Assembly (NCBI GenBank): GCA_049421965.1 | Contig: JBMSNZ010000001.1 | Coordinates: forward strand, 2,016-66,015 | Length of the DNA stretch: 64,000 bases | Source of the DNA: Erythrobacter sp. | Lineage (GTDB): Bacteria; Pseudomonadota; Alphaproteobacteria; Sphingomonadales; Sphingomonadaceae | Direction: 5' to 3' | Shown: in pieces, positions 1 to 9,601 of the stretch | Numbering within the stretch: the stretch's first letter is position 1 | Layout of the letters: the number at the start of each line of letters is the position of its first letter | The notes under the pieces: model-generated | Seen by the model: only the letters and a program-made list of their open reading frames with translations | What the model was told of the DNA's origin: nothing | The model's database searches: none | Made by a program: the position numbers and the translations under genes

Positions 1-1
1 T

Positions 2-574
2 CGCGTGACACTGGACGGTGACACCCATGCCCTGCCCGAGCGCTTCATGGTAATCGCAACGCAGAACCCGATCGAGAACCAGGGTGTCTATCCACTGCCT
101 GAAGCGCAGCTCGACCGCTTCCTGTTCAAGCTGCTGGTACCCTATCCATCCGAAGCGGAGGAAACTGCAATTGTCACACGCTATGGCCAGCACCAGGGGC
201 CGCCACGCCCGGCTGAGCTAGGCGTGAGCGCGGTGGCCGATGTGGCGCAGCTCAACCGGGCCGGACAGGTGCTGGAAAGCGTGACCGTGGCGCAGGAAAT
301 CACCGATTATGTGGTGCGGCTGGTGCGAGCGACCCGCCAGCATGCCGATCTTGTGGTGGGCGCAAGCCCACGCGCCGCAGTGCTGCTCGCACATGCTGCA
401 CGGGCACGCGCGGCGCTCGACGGGCGCGGCTATGTCATCCCTGACGACGTCAAGGCGCTGGCTGTGCCGGTGCTGCGCCACCGCCTCACTCTAAGCCCGG
501 CGGCCGAGATCGAAGGCCGCGACCTGGAAGTGCTGGTCAGCGAACTCGTCACCGCGACCGAGGCACCGCGCTGA
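2..574 (+). CDS. MoxR-family AAA+ ATPase, C-terminal part (5' end outside window)
   Basis: MVIATQNPIENQGVYPLPEAQLDRF and GASPRA motifs and the VLRHRL lid segment typical of MoxR; followed by a DUF58 gene. Confidence 0.92.
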   Translation, partial: RVTLDGDTHALPERFMVIATQNPIENQGVYPLPEAQLDRFLFKLLVPYPSEAEETAIVTRYGQHQGPPRPAELGVSAVADVAQLNRAGQVLESVTVAQEITDYVVRLVRATRQHADLVVGASPRAAVLLAHAARARAALDGRGYVIPDDVKALAVPVLRHRLTLSPAAEIEGRDLEVLVSELVTATEAPR

Positions 575-578
575 GCCA

Positions 579-1913
579 ATGCGCACCGGCCTGCCCTTCG
601 TGCCCACGGCAAGAGCCGCCTGGCTCGCTGCATTGGCGGCACCGCTGGCGCTGGCGATCGCGGCAACTGCACCGGGCGCTTGGGTAATCGCGCCGGTCGG
701 GGCCGTGGCGCTGCTGCTGCTGGTTACGCTCGACGCAGCGATGGCTGGGCGGATCGACGACTGGCAGGTTACCGCTCCTGGCGATGCCGAAGTGGGTGAA
801 ACGCTCGAAATTGCGGTCTCCGCCCAGTTCGGCGGCGCTACGTTGCTGCGGCGGATCGAGGCAGCGCTGGAGTTCGATGCGCGGCTGGGGAGCGAGGGCC
901 GGAGCGTGGTGGCGCTGGCGCCGGACATTGCTGCAGGCGATTTCTCAGGCGTGGCCCAGACTGTGCCGGTGCGGCGCGGCACCGGGCGGGTCAGCGGTGC
1001 CTGGCTGCGCTGGCAGGGGCCGCTGGGCCTGGGCGCACGGCAGGTGCAACAACCGCTCGAACTCGAAGTGCGAGTCTGGCCCGATCTCTCGCCGGTGCGC
1101 AGCCAGGACCTGCAGACCTTCCTGCGCGATGCGCAGCTGGGCATGATCGCGCGTCGGCTGCGCGGCGAAGGCAGCCAGTTCGAGGCGCTGAGCGAGTACC
1201 AGCCCGGTATGGACCGGCGCTGGATCGACTGGAAAGCGAGCGCGCGCCACACTCGGCTCTATGCGCGCGAGAACGAGGCCGAACGAAACAACCAGATCCT
1301 GTTCGCTTTCGATTGCGGCCAGGCGATGTGCGAGCCGGTCGACGGCCTGCCACGGATCGACAGGGCCGTTTCTGCCGCGCTCACCTGCGCCTATGTCGCG
1401 CTCAAAGGCGGTGACCGGGTGGCGCTTTACGGCTTTGCCCAGCGGCCCGGCCTGATGACTCCGTTCATCGCCGAGACGCGGGCGTTCCACCGTCTGCAGA
1501 GCGCGGCTGCCTCTCTCGAATACCTTCCCGCCGAAGCCAATTTCACGCTGGCGCTGGCGCATCTGACCGCGCGGCTCAAGCGCCGCTCGCTGGTTGTGCT
1601 GTTTTCCGATTTCACCGATCCGACCGCCGCCGAACTGATGATCGAAAGCCTGGGGCGGCTGGTGCGACACCACCTGGTGCTGTTCGTGACGATTGCCGAC
1701 AGCGAAATCGAGCAACTCGTCGCTGCCGAGCCGGCGGACCTCGCCACGCTGGCCCGCAGCGTCACCGCCGACACGCTGGCACGCCAGCGCACGCTGGTGC
1801 TCGAACGGCTGCGGCGGCTGGGGATCGATGTGGTCGAAGCACCGTGGGACCAGATCGGACCACGCATGATCGACCGCTATTTCGCGATCAAACGACACGA
1901 GGCGATTGGATGA
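579..1913 (+). CDS. DUF58 domain protein (VWA-like MoxR partner)
   Basis: N-terminal TM segments; GSQFEALSEYQPGMDRRWIDWKASAR and FAFDCGQAM motifs; directly downstream of moxR. Confidence 0.88.
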   Translation: MRTGLPFVPTARAAWLAALAAPLALAIAATAPGAWVIAPVGAVALLLLVTLDAAMAGRIDDWQVTAPGDAEVGETLEIAVSAQFGGATLLRRIEAALEFDARLGSEGRSVVALAPDIAAGDFSGVAQTVPVRRGTGRVSGAWLRWQGPLGLGARQVQQPLELEVRVWPDLSPVRSQDLQTFLRDAQLGMIARRLRGEGSQFEALSEYQPGMDRRWIDWKASARHTRLYARENEAERNNQILFAFDCGQAMCEPVDGLPRIDRAVSAALTCAYVALKGGDRVALYGFAQRPGLMTPFIAETRAFHRLQSAAASLEYLPAEANFTLALAHLTARLKRRSLVVLFSDFTDPTAAELMIESLGRLVRHHLVLFVTIADSEIEQLVAAEPADLATLARSVTADTLARQRTLVLERLRRLGIDVVEAPWDQIGPRMIDRYFAIKRHEAIG

Positions 1914-2983
1914 AGGCGCCGCTGCTCGCACGCTGGTTCGGCCCTGGCGAAGCCGAGGTTCTGCCCGACGCCGGCAGCGCGACGCTGCGTTCGGACCGGT
2001 TCAGGCTCGAACGCGAGGCCGAGTGGCTGCGGCTGGACGATATCGTTACGCAGATGGAGCGCGGATCGCTGCGCCGGATAAGCGACGAGGACCTGCTAGC
2101 GCTGCCTGCGCTCTATCGCACTGCTGCGTCCAGCCTTGCGGTGGCGCGCGAGACTTCGCTCGATGCTGCGACACTCGGCTATCTCGAAGCGCTGGTGCAG
2201 CGCGGCTGGTTCCAGGTCTATGGCCCGCGCACGGGGCTATGGGGCTGGCTACGCAATTTCGTGCTGGGCGGCTGGAGCAGCGCTGTGCGAGAGATCTGGC
2301 TCGATCTGTGTATCGCGCTGGCCGTGATGGTGACCGGCGCGCTGGCCGGCTGGATGTTGGTCGCACGTGACAGCGATTGGTTCTACGCCCTCGTTCCGAC
2401 TGGAATGGCGGGGCCGCGCGCGCCGGGTGCAAGCCGCGAGCAATTGCTCGAGTCGTTGGGCACCGAACAAACTTCAAACGGGCTTTCGATGTTCGCCGCT
2501 TCGTTGTTCAGCAACAATGCCGGCGTCGCGATACTGGCCTTCGCGCTGGGCTTTGCCTTCGGCATCCCCTCGCTGATGCTCCTGATGCACAACATGGCGT
2601 TGCTCGGCGCAATGCTATGGCTCTTCGCCGGGCAGGGACTGACCTGGGAATTCGCCGCCTGGCTGAGCGTGCACGGCACCACCGAGCTTTTCGCGATCCT
2701 GCTGGCGGGCGCAGCGGGGCTGCATATCGGGCGCTCGATGGCCTTTCCGGGCGATCGCTCGGTGCTGGCAGCGGCACAGGCGAGCGGGCGGCGCTCTGCA
2801 GTGGTGATGACAGGTGTGGTGTTGATGCTGGTCATCGCCGCCTTGCTTGAAGCCTTTCCTCGCCAGCTGGTGTCCGCCAGCCTCGATCGCCTGGTCATCG
2901 GCGGGAGCATGCTGGTGCTGTGGCTGGTCTATTTCTTCGCCTATCGTCCGCGCCGGATCGAAGGCGACGGGGCCCAGTCATGA
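1910..2983 (+). CDS. Stage II sporulation protein M (SpoIIM)-like membrane protein
   Basis: ATGA overlap with the DUF58 stop; FRLEREAEW N-terminus, LFSNNAGVA and HGTTELFAI motifs, multiple TM helices. Confidence 0.82.
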   Translation: MKAPLLARWFGPGEAEVLPDAGSATLRSDRFRLEREAEWLRLDDIVTQMERGSLRRISDEDLLALPALYRTAASSLAVARETSLDAATLGYLEALVQRGWFQVYGPRTGLWGWLRNFVLGGWSSAVREIWLDLCIALAVMVTGALAGWMLVARDSDWFYALVPTGMAGPRAPGASREQLLESLGTEQTSNGLSMFAASLFSNNAGVAILAFALGFAFGIPSLMLLMHNMALLGAMLWLFAGQGLTWEFAAWLSVHGTTELFAILLAGAAGLHIGRSMAFPGDRSVLAAAQASGRRSAVVMTGVVLMLVIAALLEAFPRQLVSASLDRLVIGGSMLVLWLVYFFAYRPRRIEGDGAQS

Positions 2984-3906
2984 GCCGCTCCGCTTCAGTC
3001 GCGCGACCGGCTGACCCACTGCAGCGGCGGCAACGCCAGCTGATTACGCCCGAAGGCGTCGCATTGTCGGTGACAGTCGCCTCGCGCGGTGCACGGATCG
3101 GGGCGCTGCTGCTCGATTTCGTGATTATGACGCTGGCTAGCCTGCTGGTGATGCTGGTGCTCTTCTGGACGCTGGGTGGGCTGATGGAGCAACTGTTCGG
3201 AGGCAATAACGACGATGTGAGCGGCGCGGCCGAACTGGTTGTGGTGGTGCTGGTGATCTTCGCTTTCCTTGCCCGATACGGCTATTTTCTTGCGTTCGAG
3301 CTGGGTCCACGAGGCGCGACACCGGGCAAGCGCCTGATCGGCATCAGGGTAGCCTCGCGCGATGGCGGCAGACTCACCGCCGAAGCGGTGATCGCACGAA
3401 ACTTGCTGCGCGACATCGAACTGTTCTTGCCGCTCGCCTTCATACAGGTTGCACCCACCGGCGAAGCAGGCAGCGCCGGGATTGCCGGCCTGATCTGGTT
3501 CATGATCTTCATGGCCTTTCCCTTCTTCAACCGCGACGCGATGCGCGCCGGCGATGTGATCGCGGGCACCTGGGTGGTAGAAGCGCCACGCGCGCGGCTG
3601 GCAGCGACCCTTTCGACCCAGGGCGGCGCGAAGGGCGCGAGCGAGCTCACAGGCGTTAGCTATCGTTTCGGCGAGGCCGAATTGTCGGTCTATGGCGAAC
3701 AGGAACTTCAAACACTCGAGCGCGTGCTGCGTGAAGACCGGCCCGATGCGATCGCCGCAGTACATGCCGCGATCTGTCGCAAGATCGGCTGGGAGCCAGG
3801 AGAAGGTGACGAGCGCGCCTTCCTGGAAGCCTTCTATGCTCAGCTACGCGCGCGGCTGGAAGCCAACATGCGCTTCGGCAAGCGCAAGAAGGACAAATTC
3901 GCGTGA
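2980..3906 (+). CDS. RDD family membrane protein with C-terminal soluble extension
   Basis: ATGA overlap; ITPEGV..ASRGARIGALLLD, GATPGKR and RAGDVIAGTWVV motifs. Confidence 0.87.
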   Translation: MSRSASVARPADPLQRRQRQLITPEGVALSVTVASRGARIGALLLDFVIMTLASLLVMLVLFWTLGGLMEQLFGGNNDDVSGAAELVVVVLVIFAFLARYGYFLAFELGPRGATPGKRLIGIRVASRDGGRLTAEAVIARNLLRDIELFLPLAFIQVAPTGEAGSAGIAGLIWFMIFMAFPFFNRDAMRAGDVIAGTWVVEAPRARLAATLSTQGGAKGASELTGVSYRFGEAELSVYGEQELQTLERVLREDRPDAIAAVHAAICRKIGWEPGEGDERAFLEAFYAQLRARLEANMRFGKRKKDKFA

Positions 3907-4367
3907 GTTCCTACATTATCCTGCCTGACGATCTGAACGATCCGCGCGTGCTCGACCTGTTGCGCCTGCACCTTGAAGAAATGCACAGCTGGTCACCGCC
4001 CGAATCCGTTCATGCCTTGCCGCCGGAGAAGCTGCGCGCCGATGACGTGGCGTTCTTTGCGGCGTGGGAAGGCGAGCGGTTGGCCGCGGTCGGCGCGCTC
4101 AAGGCACTTGGCGCGGATTGCGGCGAACTCAAATCGATGCGCGCTGCGCCCGAGTATCGCGGCAAGGGCGCCGGCGAAGCGATACTGCACCATCTGCTGG
4201 CCGAGGCACGGGCACGGGGATACCGCTGGGTCGGACTTGAAACGGGACGACCCGCGCCGTTCCAGCCGGCGCAGTCGCTCTACCGCAAGCATGGCTTTGC
4301 CGAATGCGCCCCATTCGGCAATTACGTGTCCGACGGTTTCAGCCTGTGCATGGAGAAGCATCTGTGA
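3903..4367 (+). CDS. GNAT N-acetyltransferase
   Basis: GTGA overlap; GELKSMR..PEYRGKGAG acetyl-CoA motif; LETG..AQSLYRKHGF. Confidence 0.88.
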   Translation: MSSYIILPDDLNDPRVLDLLRLHLEEMHSWSPPESVHALPPEKLRADDVAFFAAWEGERLAAVGALKALGADCGELKSMRAAPEYRGKGAGEAILHHLLAEARARGYRWVGLETGRPAPFQPAQSLYRKHGFAECAPFGNYVSDGFSLCMEKHL

Positions 4368-5260
4368 CGATAACTCGCCGCCTCGCCATGGCTGGATCGC
4401 TTGTCGCGCTGGCCGGTGCCTGCGTGCCGATCGATCCTTCGCCAAAGGGACGGCTGTCAGCGCGGCTGCGGATCCTTGAAGCCGCATCGGGCGGCACGCT
4501 GGGTGTGGCGCTGCTCAATACTGCCAGCGGTGAAATGATCGGGCATAACCGCACCCTGCGTTTTGGCCACTGTTCCTCGTTCAAGCTTTCGTTGGCGGCG
4601 ATGGTGCTATGGCTCGAGCAAATTGGCGAACTCGATTCAATCGAATCGCTGCGCTGGAAAGAAGCTGACCTGCTCCCGGTCTCGCCGTTCACCTCCGCCC
4701 GATTGCAGGAAGGCGCCACACTGCGGGAACTGGCGCAGGCAGCACAGATGCTGAGCGACAACACCGCTGCGAACCTCTTGCTCGCCCGGATTGGCGGGCC
4801 TGAGCGGCTCAATACCTTCTGGCGGCAAATCGGCGACAACGTTAGCCGGCTCGACCGGATTGAGCCCGAGCTCAACCAAGTGCCTGTGGGCGAGCTGCGC
4901 GACAGCACCACGCCCGAGGCAATGTGCCGCACGGTCGCGGCTCTCTGCTTCGGCGATGTGCTGGGCCCCGCAGCGCAAGCCGAGCTGCGACAGTGGCTGG
5001 CAGGCACGCAGACCGGCTTGCGACGCGTGCGTGCCGGGCTGCCGGCGGGCTGGCAGGCGGGCGACAAGACCGGCACCTCGCTTTGGCCCGGCATGGGCAG
5101 TCTCTATGTCGATATTGGCTTTGCGCAACCGCCCGATCGTGCCCCGCTTGCCTTCGCGACCTATTTCCGGGCGGGCGCGGCGCATGAGGCGATGGACCCT
5201 GCTGCCGAGGCGGTGCTGGCAGAGGTTGGCCGGGTGCTGGCCGCTTTCGCAGAGTCCTAG
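4364..5260 (+). CDS. Class A beta-lactamase-like serine hydrolase with a predicted Tat/lipoprotein signal
   Basis: SxxK (CSSFK), SDN, omega-loop Glu (RIEPELN) and KTG motifs all present; N-terminal TRR...LAGAC; GTG start overlaps the GNAT stop. Confidence 0.88.
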   Translation: MTITRRLAMAGSLVALAGACVPIDPSPKGRLSARLRILEAASGGTLGVALLNTASGEMIGHNRTLRFGHCSSFKLSLAAMVLWLEQIGELDSIESLRWKEADLLPVSPFTSARLQEGATLRELAQAAQMLSDNTAANLLLARIGGPERLNTFWRQIGDNVSRLDRIEPELNQVPVGELRDSTTPEAMCRTVAALCFGDVLGPAAQAELRQWLAGTQTGLRRVRAGLPAGWQAGDKTGTSLWPGMGSLYVDIGFAQPPDRAPLAFATYFRAGAAHEAMDPAAEAVLAEVGRVLAAFAES

Positions 5261-5263
5261 AGG

Positions 5264-6274
5264 TTAATGGCTGGGCGCGTTGGATGATGCGCCGACACCA
5301 CCAAAGATCGCCACTTCGTTGATCCCGCCGCTGGTGGCGCGGCCGCGATACATCCCGCTGGTGTTGAAACTGAACACCGCGTCGCCAGCCGGGGTTACCA
5401 GGATGACCCCTCCGTCACCGCCCAGGGCTTTCACGTCGTCCATCACAGCATCCGCCACAGCTTGCGGAGGTGCCTCGCGCAGACGCAGTCGCGTGCAGAT
5501 TTCATGAGCAACCCCCACGCGGATGAAGTACTCGCCCCAACCGGTGGCCGACACTGCGCAGCTGCGATTGTCGGCATAAGTGCCCGCGCCTATCACCGGT
5601 GCATCGCCGATCCGGCCCCAGCGCTTGCCGGTCATCCCGCCGGTCGAGGTGCCCGCTGCGAGATTGCCCTGCGCGTCCTTTGCCACCGCACCCACCGTGC
5701 CGAACTTGAGATCGACATCGAGCGCCGAAAGCTCGGGTTCGGCCTTCATCTTTTCGAGCGCTCGGCGGCGCGGCTCGGTAGCGAACCATTCGGGTGGCGC
5801 GGTCTCGATCCCGCGTTCTTGCGCGAATTCCTCGGCGCCCTTGCCGCTCAGGAACACATGGCGGCCATCCCGCCGCACCGCTTCAGCCAGCCGGATCGGG
5901 TTCCGTATCGACTTCACCCCCGTCACCGCCCCGGCGCTGCGGTCGCGCCCGTCCATGATCGCGGCGTCGAGTTCGTTCTCGCCTTCCCAGGTGAACACCG
6001 CCCCACGTCCGGCGTTGAAGCGCGGATCGTCTTCCAGCACCATGATCGCGGCCTCAATCGCTTCCATCGCCCTGCCACCGCGCTTGAGCACGACCGCGCC
6101 GGCATCAAGCGCCTGCTGCAGCGCGGCCTCATACTGTTTTTCGAGCTCGGGCGTCATCTGAGCACGGTCGAGCGTGCCTGCTCCGCCATGGATGGCGATC
6201 GACCAGTCCTGTGCAAGTGCGGGGGTGGCAGTGGTCATGAGGAGGGCGAACAGCGAAAGCGTGAGAGTTTTCAT
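5264..6274 (-). CDS. Isoaspartyl peptidase/L-asparaginase (Ntn hydrolase) with signal peptide
   Basis: IAIHGGAG, FNAGRGAV, nucleophile FGTVGAVA, TSTGG, GRIGD motifs; start set at MKTLTLSLF. Confidence 0.92.
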   Translation of the reverse strand: MKTLTLSLFALLMTTATPALAQDWSIAIHGGAGTLDRAQMTPELEKQYEAALQQALDAGAVVLKRGGRAMEAIEAAIMVLEDDPRFNAGRGAVFTWEGENELDAAIMDGRDRSAGAVTGVKSIRNPIRLAEAVRRDGRHVFLSGKGAEEFAQERGIETAPPEWFATEPRRRALEKMKAEPELSALDVDLKFGTVGAVAKDAQGNLAAGTSTGGMTGKRWGRIGDAPVIGAGTYADNRSCAVSATGWGEYFIRVGVAHEICTRLRLREAPPQAVADAVMDDVKALGGDGGVILVTPAGDAVFSFNTSGMYRGRATSGGINEVAIFGGVGASSNAPSH

Positions 6275-6388
6275 CGCCACCGCATAACACACCCGGCTCG
6301 AAGCGGGAGAGGCTTTCGCCCCTACCCTATCGAATTCGGGCAGATGCGAAGGCTTAACAGGCAAGCAGCAAGGCGATAGAGCCGCATC

Positions 6389-6919
6389 ATGATCCTGCGC
6401 CCCGCCACGCCAGCCGATGTCCCCGCCCTCGCACGCCTAGGTCGCGACAGCTTTGTCGCGACTTTCGGCGATCTCTATCGCCCGGAGGACCTCGCCGCCT
6501 TTCTTGAGGCGGTCCATTCCGAACCGGCGGTCCTGGAAGAGGTGAACGGCGAAGAGTGCCGCTATCGCCTCGCAGAGGCTGAAGGGGAACTCATCGGCTA
6601 TTGCAAGTTGCGCTATCCCGGCAGCTTTGCGGGTCGTTCGGATGCACGAAATCCAATCACGCTCGGCCAACTCTACACTGCCCCGGGCAGCACCGGCAGG
6701 GGAATTGGCACAGCGCTGATGGACTGGGCGATCGGCGAGGCCCTCGCGCTCGGCTGCGATGCGATCCAGCTGTCGGTTTATGCCGAGAACTTCGGTGCGC
6801 AGCGGTTCTACCAGCGTTATGGCTTTGCCAAGATCGCCGACATTACCTTCCAGGTGGGTGACCACGTCGACCCCGAATTCCTTTATGAGCTGCGGCTTGA
6901 TCAGGAGAAGATGCTATGA
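6389..6919 (+). CDS. GNAT N-acetyltransferase (PaiA-like)
   Basis: QLYTAPGSTGRGIGTALM; LSVYAENFGAQRFYQRYGF. Confidence 0.85.
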   Translation: MILRPATPADVPALARLGRDSFVATFGDLYRPEDLAAFLEAVHSEPAVLEEVNGEECRYRLAEAEGELIGYCKLRYPGSFAGRSDARNPITLGQLYTAPGSTGRGIGTALMDWAIGEALALGCDAIQLSVYAENFGAQRFYQRYGFAKIADITFQVGDHVDPEFLYELRLDQEKML

Positions 6920-7866
6920 GCGGATTTGGCGCGCATTCCACCACCGACGAAGTTCTGGCGGGGAAAGACCTCTCCGGCATGACGGTGTTCATTACGGGCG
7001 GGGCTTCGGGTATCGGGCAGGAGACGGCGCGGGCAATGGCCACGCGCAGCGCCCATGTCGTGATCGCAGCGCGCGATCCGGCCAAGCTTGAGGCCGCCGC
7101 CGCCGAAATCCGGCAAGCGAGCGGCAACAGCAAGGTGGAAACGATCCTCCTCGACCTTGCCTCGCTGGCCAGTGTGCGTGCCTGCGCCGCCGAAGCGCGC
7201 GAGCGCTTTCAGAAGATCGACCTCCTGATCAACAATGCCGGGGTCATGGCCTGCCCATTGGGCCGCACAGCCGACGGTTTCGAAATGCAGTTTGGCACCA
7301 ACCATCTCGGGCATTTCGTGCTGACGCTGCACCTGCTGCCGTTGCTGGAACGTGGCAAGGGCAAGCGGATCGTCAACCTCTCCAGCCGCGCGCATCACAT
7401 GGATGAAGTGCATTTCGACGATCCCAACTACGCGAGCCGACCATACGACAAATGGGAAAGCTACGGCCAGTCGAAGACCGCCAATGTCCTGTTCAGCGTA
7501 GCGCTCGACCAGCGTCTCAAAGCAAAGGGGATCGATGTCTTTGCGGTGCACCCAGGCGGTATCATGACCAACCTTGGCCGCCATTTGAGCGAGGCGGATG
7601 TCGCGGCGCTGATGGCCCGCGTCACCGAGGGAGACCGCAGTTTCTCCTGGAAAACCGTCGAGCAGGGGGCGGCGACCAGCTGCTGGGCAGCAACCGCTTC
7701 CGAACTGGCAGGCCATGGCGGTGTCTACTGCGAAGATTGCCACGTCGCCCCAGTCGACGATCTGTCAGCTGATGGCGGTGTGCGCAGCTATGCGATCGAT
7801 CCCGCCAAGGCAGAACGATTGTGGGCACTGAGCGAGGAACTGGTTGGGGAACGTTTCGCGCTCTAG
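6916..7866 (+). CDS. SDR oxidoreductase (retinol dehydrogenase/WWOX-like subfamily)
   Basis: TGGASGIG, LINNAG, FGTNHLGHF and catalytic YGQSK. Confidence 0.92.
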   Translation: MSGFGAHSTTDEVLAGKDLSGMTVFITGGASGIGQETARAMATRSAHVVIAARDPAKLEAAAAEIRQASGNSKVETILLDLASLASVRACAAEARERFQKIDLLINNAGVMACPLGRTADGFEMQFGTNHLGHFVLTLHLLPLLERGKGKRIVNLSSRAHHMDEVHFDDPNYASRPYDKWESYGQSKTANVLFSVALDQRLKAKGIDVFAVHPGGIMTNLGRHLSEADVAALMARVTEGDRSFSWKTVEQGAATSCWAATASELAGHGGVYCEDCHVAPVDDLSADGGVRSYAIDPAKAERLWALSEELVGERFAL

Positions 7867-8663
7867 CGCATCACACCAAGCCCCTCGATCAGACCATCTG
7901 CCAGCCACCGGCCCAGCATCGCGCCGACGCGCAACGCCGCTTCGTCAGCCAGCGCATCGGTCGGGTCGTCACCAGCCAAAATCATACAAAGCTCACCAAA
8001 GCCCATGCCTGACTGCATGGCGAGGAGGGCATGGCACTCCTCCGCTTCACGCAGCGCAAATGTCGCGCGCTCGCCTTCGCGCCAGACCAGCACCGCCTGC
8101 GACGCAGCTAGCCTTGCTTCAGGGTGCTGCAGAGTGTCCTGCCCAAGCGCATGCCAGATCATCGCCAGATCGTGCGCCACTTCGCGCGTTGCGACGCCGG
8201 GGACAAACTCAAGGCGCAGCATGGCCCACTGATCCTCGCTGAAATCGGCCGTCGCTGCGGCAAAGCCGTCTGCGTCAAGCGGCTGCGTATCGGCGGCGGT
8301 AAAGGCATGCAGCATCGCCCATTCGAGCCATGCCAGTTCTGCCACTTCGGGATCATTGGCGAACAGCTCAGCGCAGGTTTCAGAGAAGCCCGCTCCGGCG
8401 GCATCGATCGTCCAGCTATGCGGAGGATGCAGAATCACGTGATGCGCCGCAGCGGCGCGAAATGCTTCCTCGCCCACCCAACGTGCTGTCTTGTCGTAGG
8501 TATCCCGCAGTGCTTCGACCAGCGCCGCGCGAAAGTTCCCACGATAGACAGCCATGCCCGCTGCATGCCGCCTGGACCACCCTGCGGGCATAGGCGCGTC
8601 TTCGTCCAGCACTTGCGCCATGAAGGCCGCTTGCGCCTGGGCAAGGCTGCTTAGCGAGCTCAT
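7863..8663 (-). CDS. DUF2063 (BufC/HvfC-type) RiPP recognition partner of the MNIO
   Basis: AQAQAAF..GMAVYRGN, ELAWLEWA motifs; ATGA overlap with the DUF692 stop. Confidence 0.85.
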   Translation of the reverse strand: MSSLSSLAQAQAAFMAQVLDEDAPMPAGWSRRHAAGMAVYRGNFRAALVEALRDTYDKTARWVGEEAFRAAAAHHVILHPPHSWTIDAAGAGFSETCAELFANDPEVAELAWLEWAMLHAFTAADTQPLDADGFAAATADFSEDQWAMLRLEFVPGVATREVAHDLAMIWHALGQDTLQHPEARLAASQAVLVWREGERATFALREAEECHALLAMQSGMGFGELCMILAGDDPTDALADEAALRVGAMLGRWLADGLIEGLGVMR

Positions 8664-9502
8664 GCCGTTGCGCGGGCCATAGCCCGTAGCCCGATGCTGC
8701 GTGCCAGGTCGAGTTCGGCGAGCAGTTCGGGCAGCCGCGGGATCCGGTCGTCGCGTTCGATCATGGTGGCGACCGGCTGCGCGATCATGCCCATCGCCTG
8801 CGCGTAAAGCGCCCAAACCTCAGCGCACACCTCGCGGTCATGCGTGTCGATTACGATTTCGCCCGGCGTGTGCCCGGCCAGATGGATCTGGCGCACCCGA
8901 TCGAGCGGCAGACCTGCCAGATAGTCCCGATTAGCGAAGCCATGGTTGCACGCACTTACATGTATGTTGTTGACGTCGAGCAGCAGGTAGCAGTCGGTGC
9001 GCCGCACCATTTCGGCCAGGAATTCCCATTCTGTCAGCTCGTCTTCGGGAAAAGTAAGATAGCTCGAGGGGTTCTCGAACAGCATGGCGCGACCGAGATG
9101 ATCTTGAGCCACCGCAATGTTGGCGCAGACCACGCCGAGTGCTTCCTCGGTCAGCGGCAGAGGCAAGAGGTCGTGGCTGTTGTGCGCGCTGGTGCGGGTC
9201 CAGCATAAATGGTCCGACACCCAAAGCGGCTCGACTCGCCGAACAAGCCGTTTGAGCCGGTCGAGATAGGCCCGGTCGAGCCCGCCCACCGATCCGATCG
9301 ACATCGAGACGCCGTGCAGTGCGACGGGATGGCGTTCGCGCACCTCGTCAAGGATGCGCAAGGGCCGCCCGCCGTCGACCATGTAGTTCTCGCTGATCAC
9401 CTCGACGAAATCGACCGGCACGTCGCCTTCAACGAAATCGGCGTAATGTTCACGGCGCAAGCCCAGCCCGAAACCGCCGAACGGCGTGATCGCTTGTGTC
9501 AT
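8660..9502 (-). CDS. DUF692 multinuclear non-heme iron oxidase (MNIO, BufB-type)
   Basis: GLGLRREH, EVISENY, HGVSMSIG, VSDHLCW, ENPSSY, LLDVNN, QIHLAGH, IDTH, MIERD motifs. Confidence 0.95.
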   Translation of the reverse strand: MTQAITPFGGFGLGLRREHYADFVEGDVPVDFVEVISENYMVDGGRPLRILDEVRERHPVALHGVSMSIGSVGGLDRAYLDRLKRLVRRVEPLWVSDHLCWTRTSAHNSHDLLPLPLTEEALGVVCANIAVAQDHLGRAMLFENPSSYLTFPEDELTEWEFLAEMVRRTDCYLLLDVNNIHVSACNHGFANRDYLAGLPLDRVRQIHLAGHTPGEIVIDTHDREVCAEVWALYAQAMGMIAQPVATMIERDDRIPRLPELLAELDLARSIGLRAMARATA

Positions 9503-9524
9503 ACGCTCGCTCCGCAGCGAGTGG

Positions 9525-9584
9525 TGATGGCCCGACCCCTGGCTGAGAGGGGGTGGGGGTCAGTGGCAAGGGGCCGGACCATCA
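9525..9584. other. Strong intergenic stem-loop between precursor and MNIO genes
   Basis: TGATGGCCCGACCCCT pairs with AGGGGCCGGACCATCA (14 of 16 positions pair); inner CTGA/TCAG helix. Confidence 0.6.
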
Positions 9585-9601
9585 TTGCGTGAGGCAGCCG
9601 A

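Noticed and set aside
4560-4590. Cys69 in the beta-lactamase as a carbapenemase hallmark
   Set aside because: There is no partner Cys after KTG (position 238), so the diagnostic disulfide cannot form.
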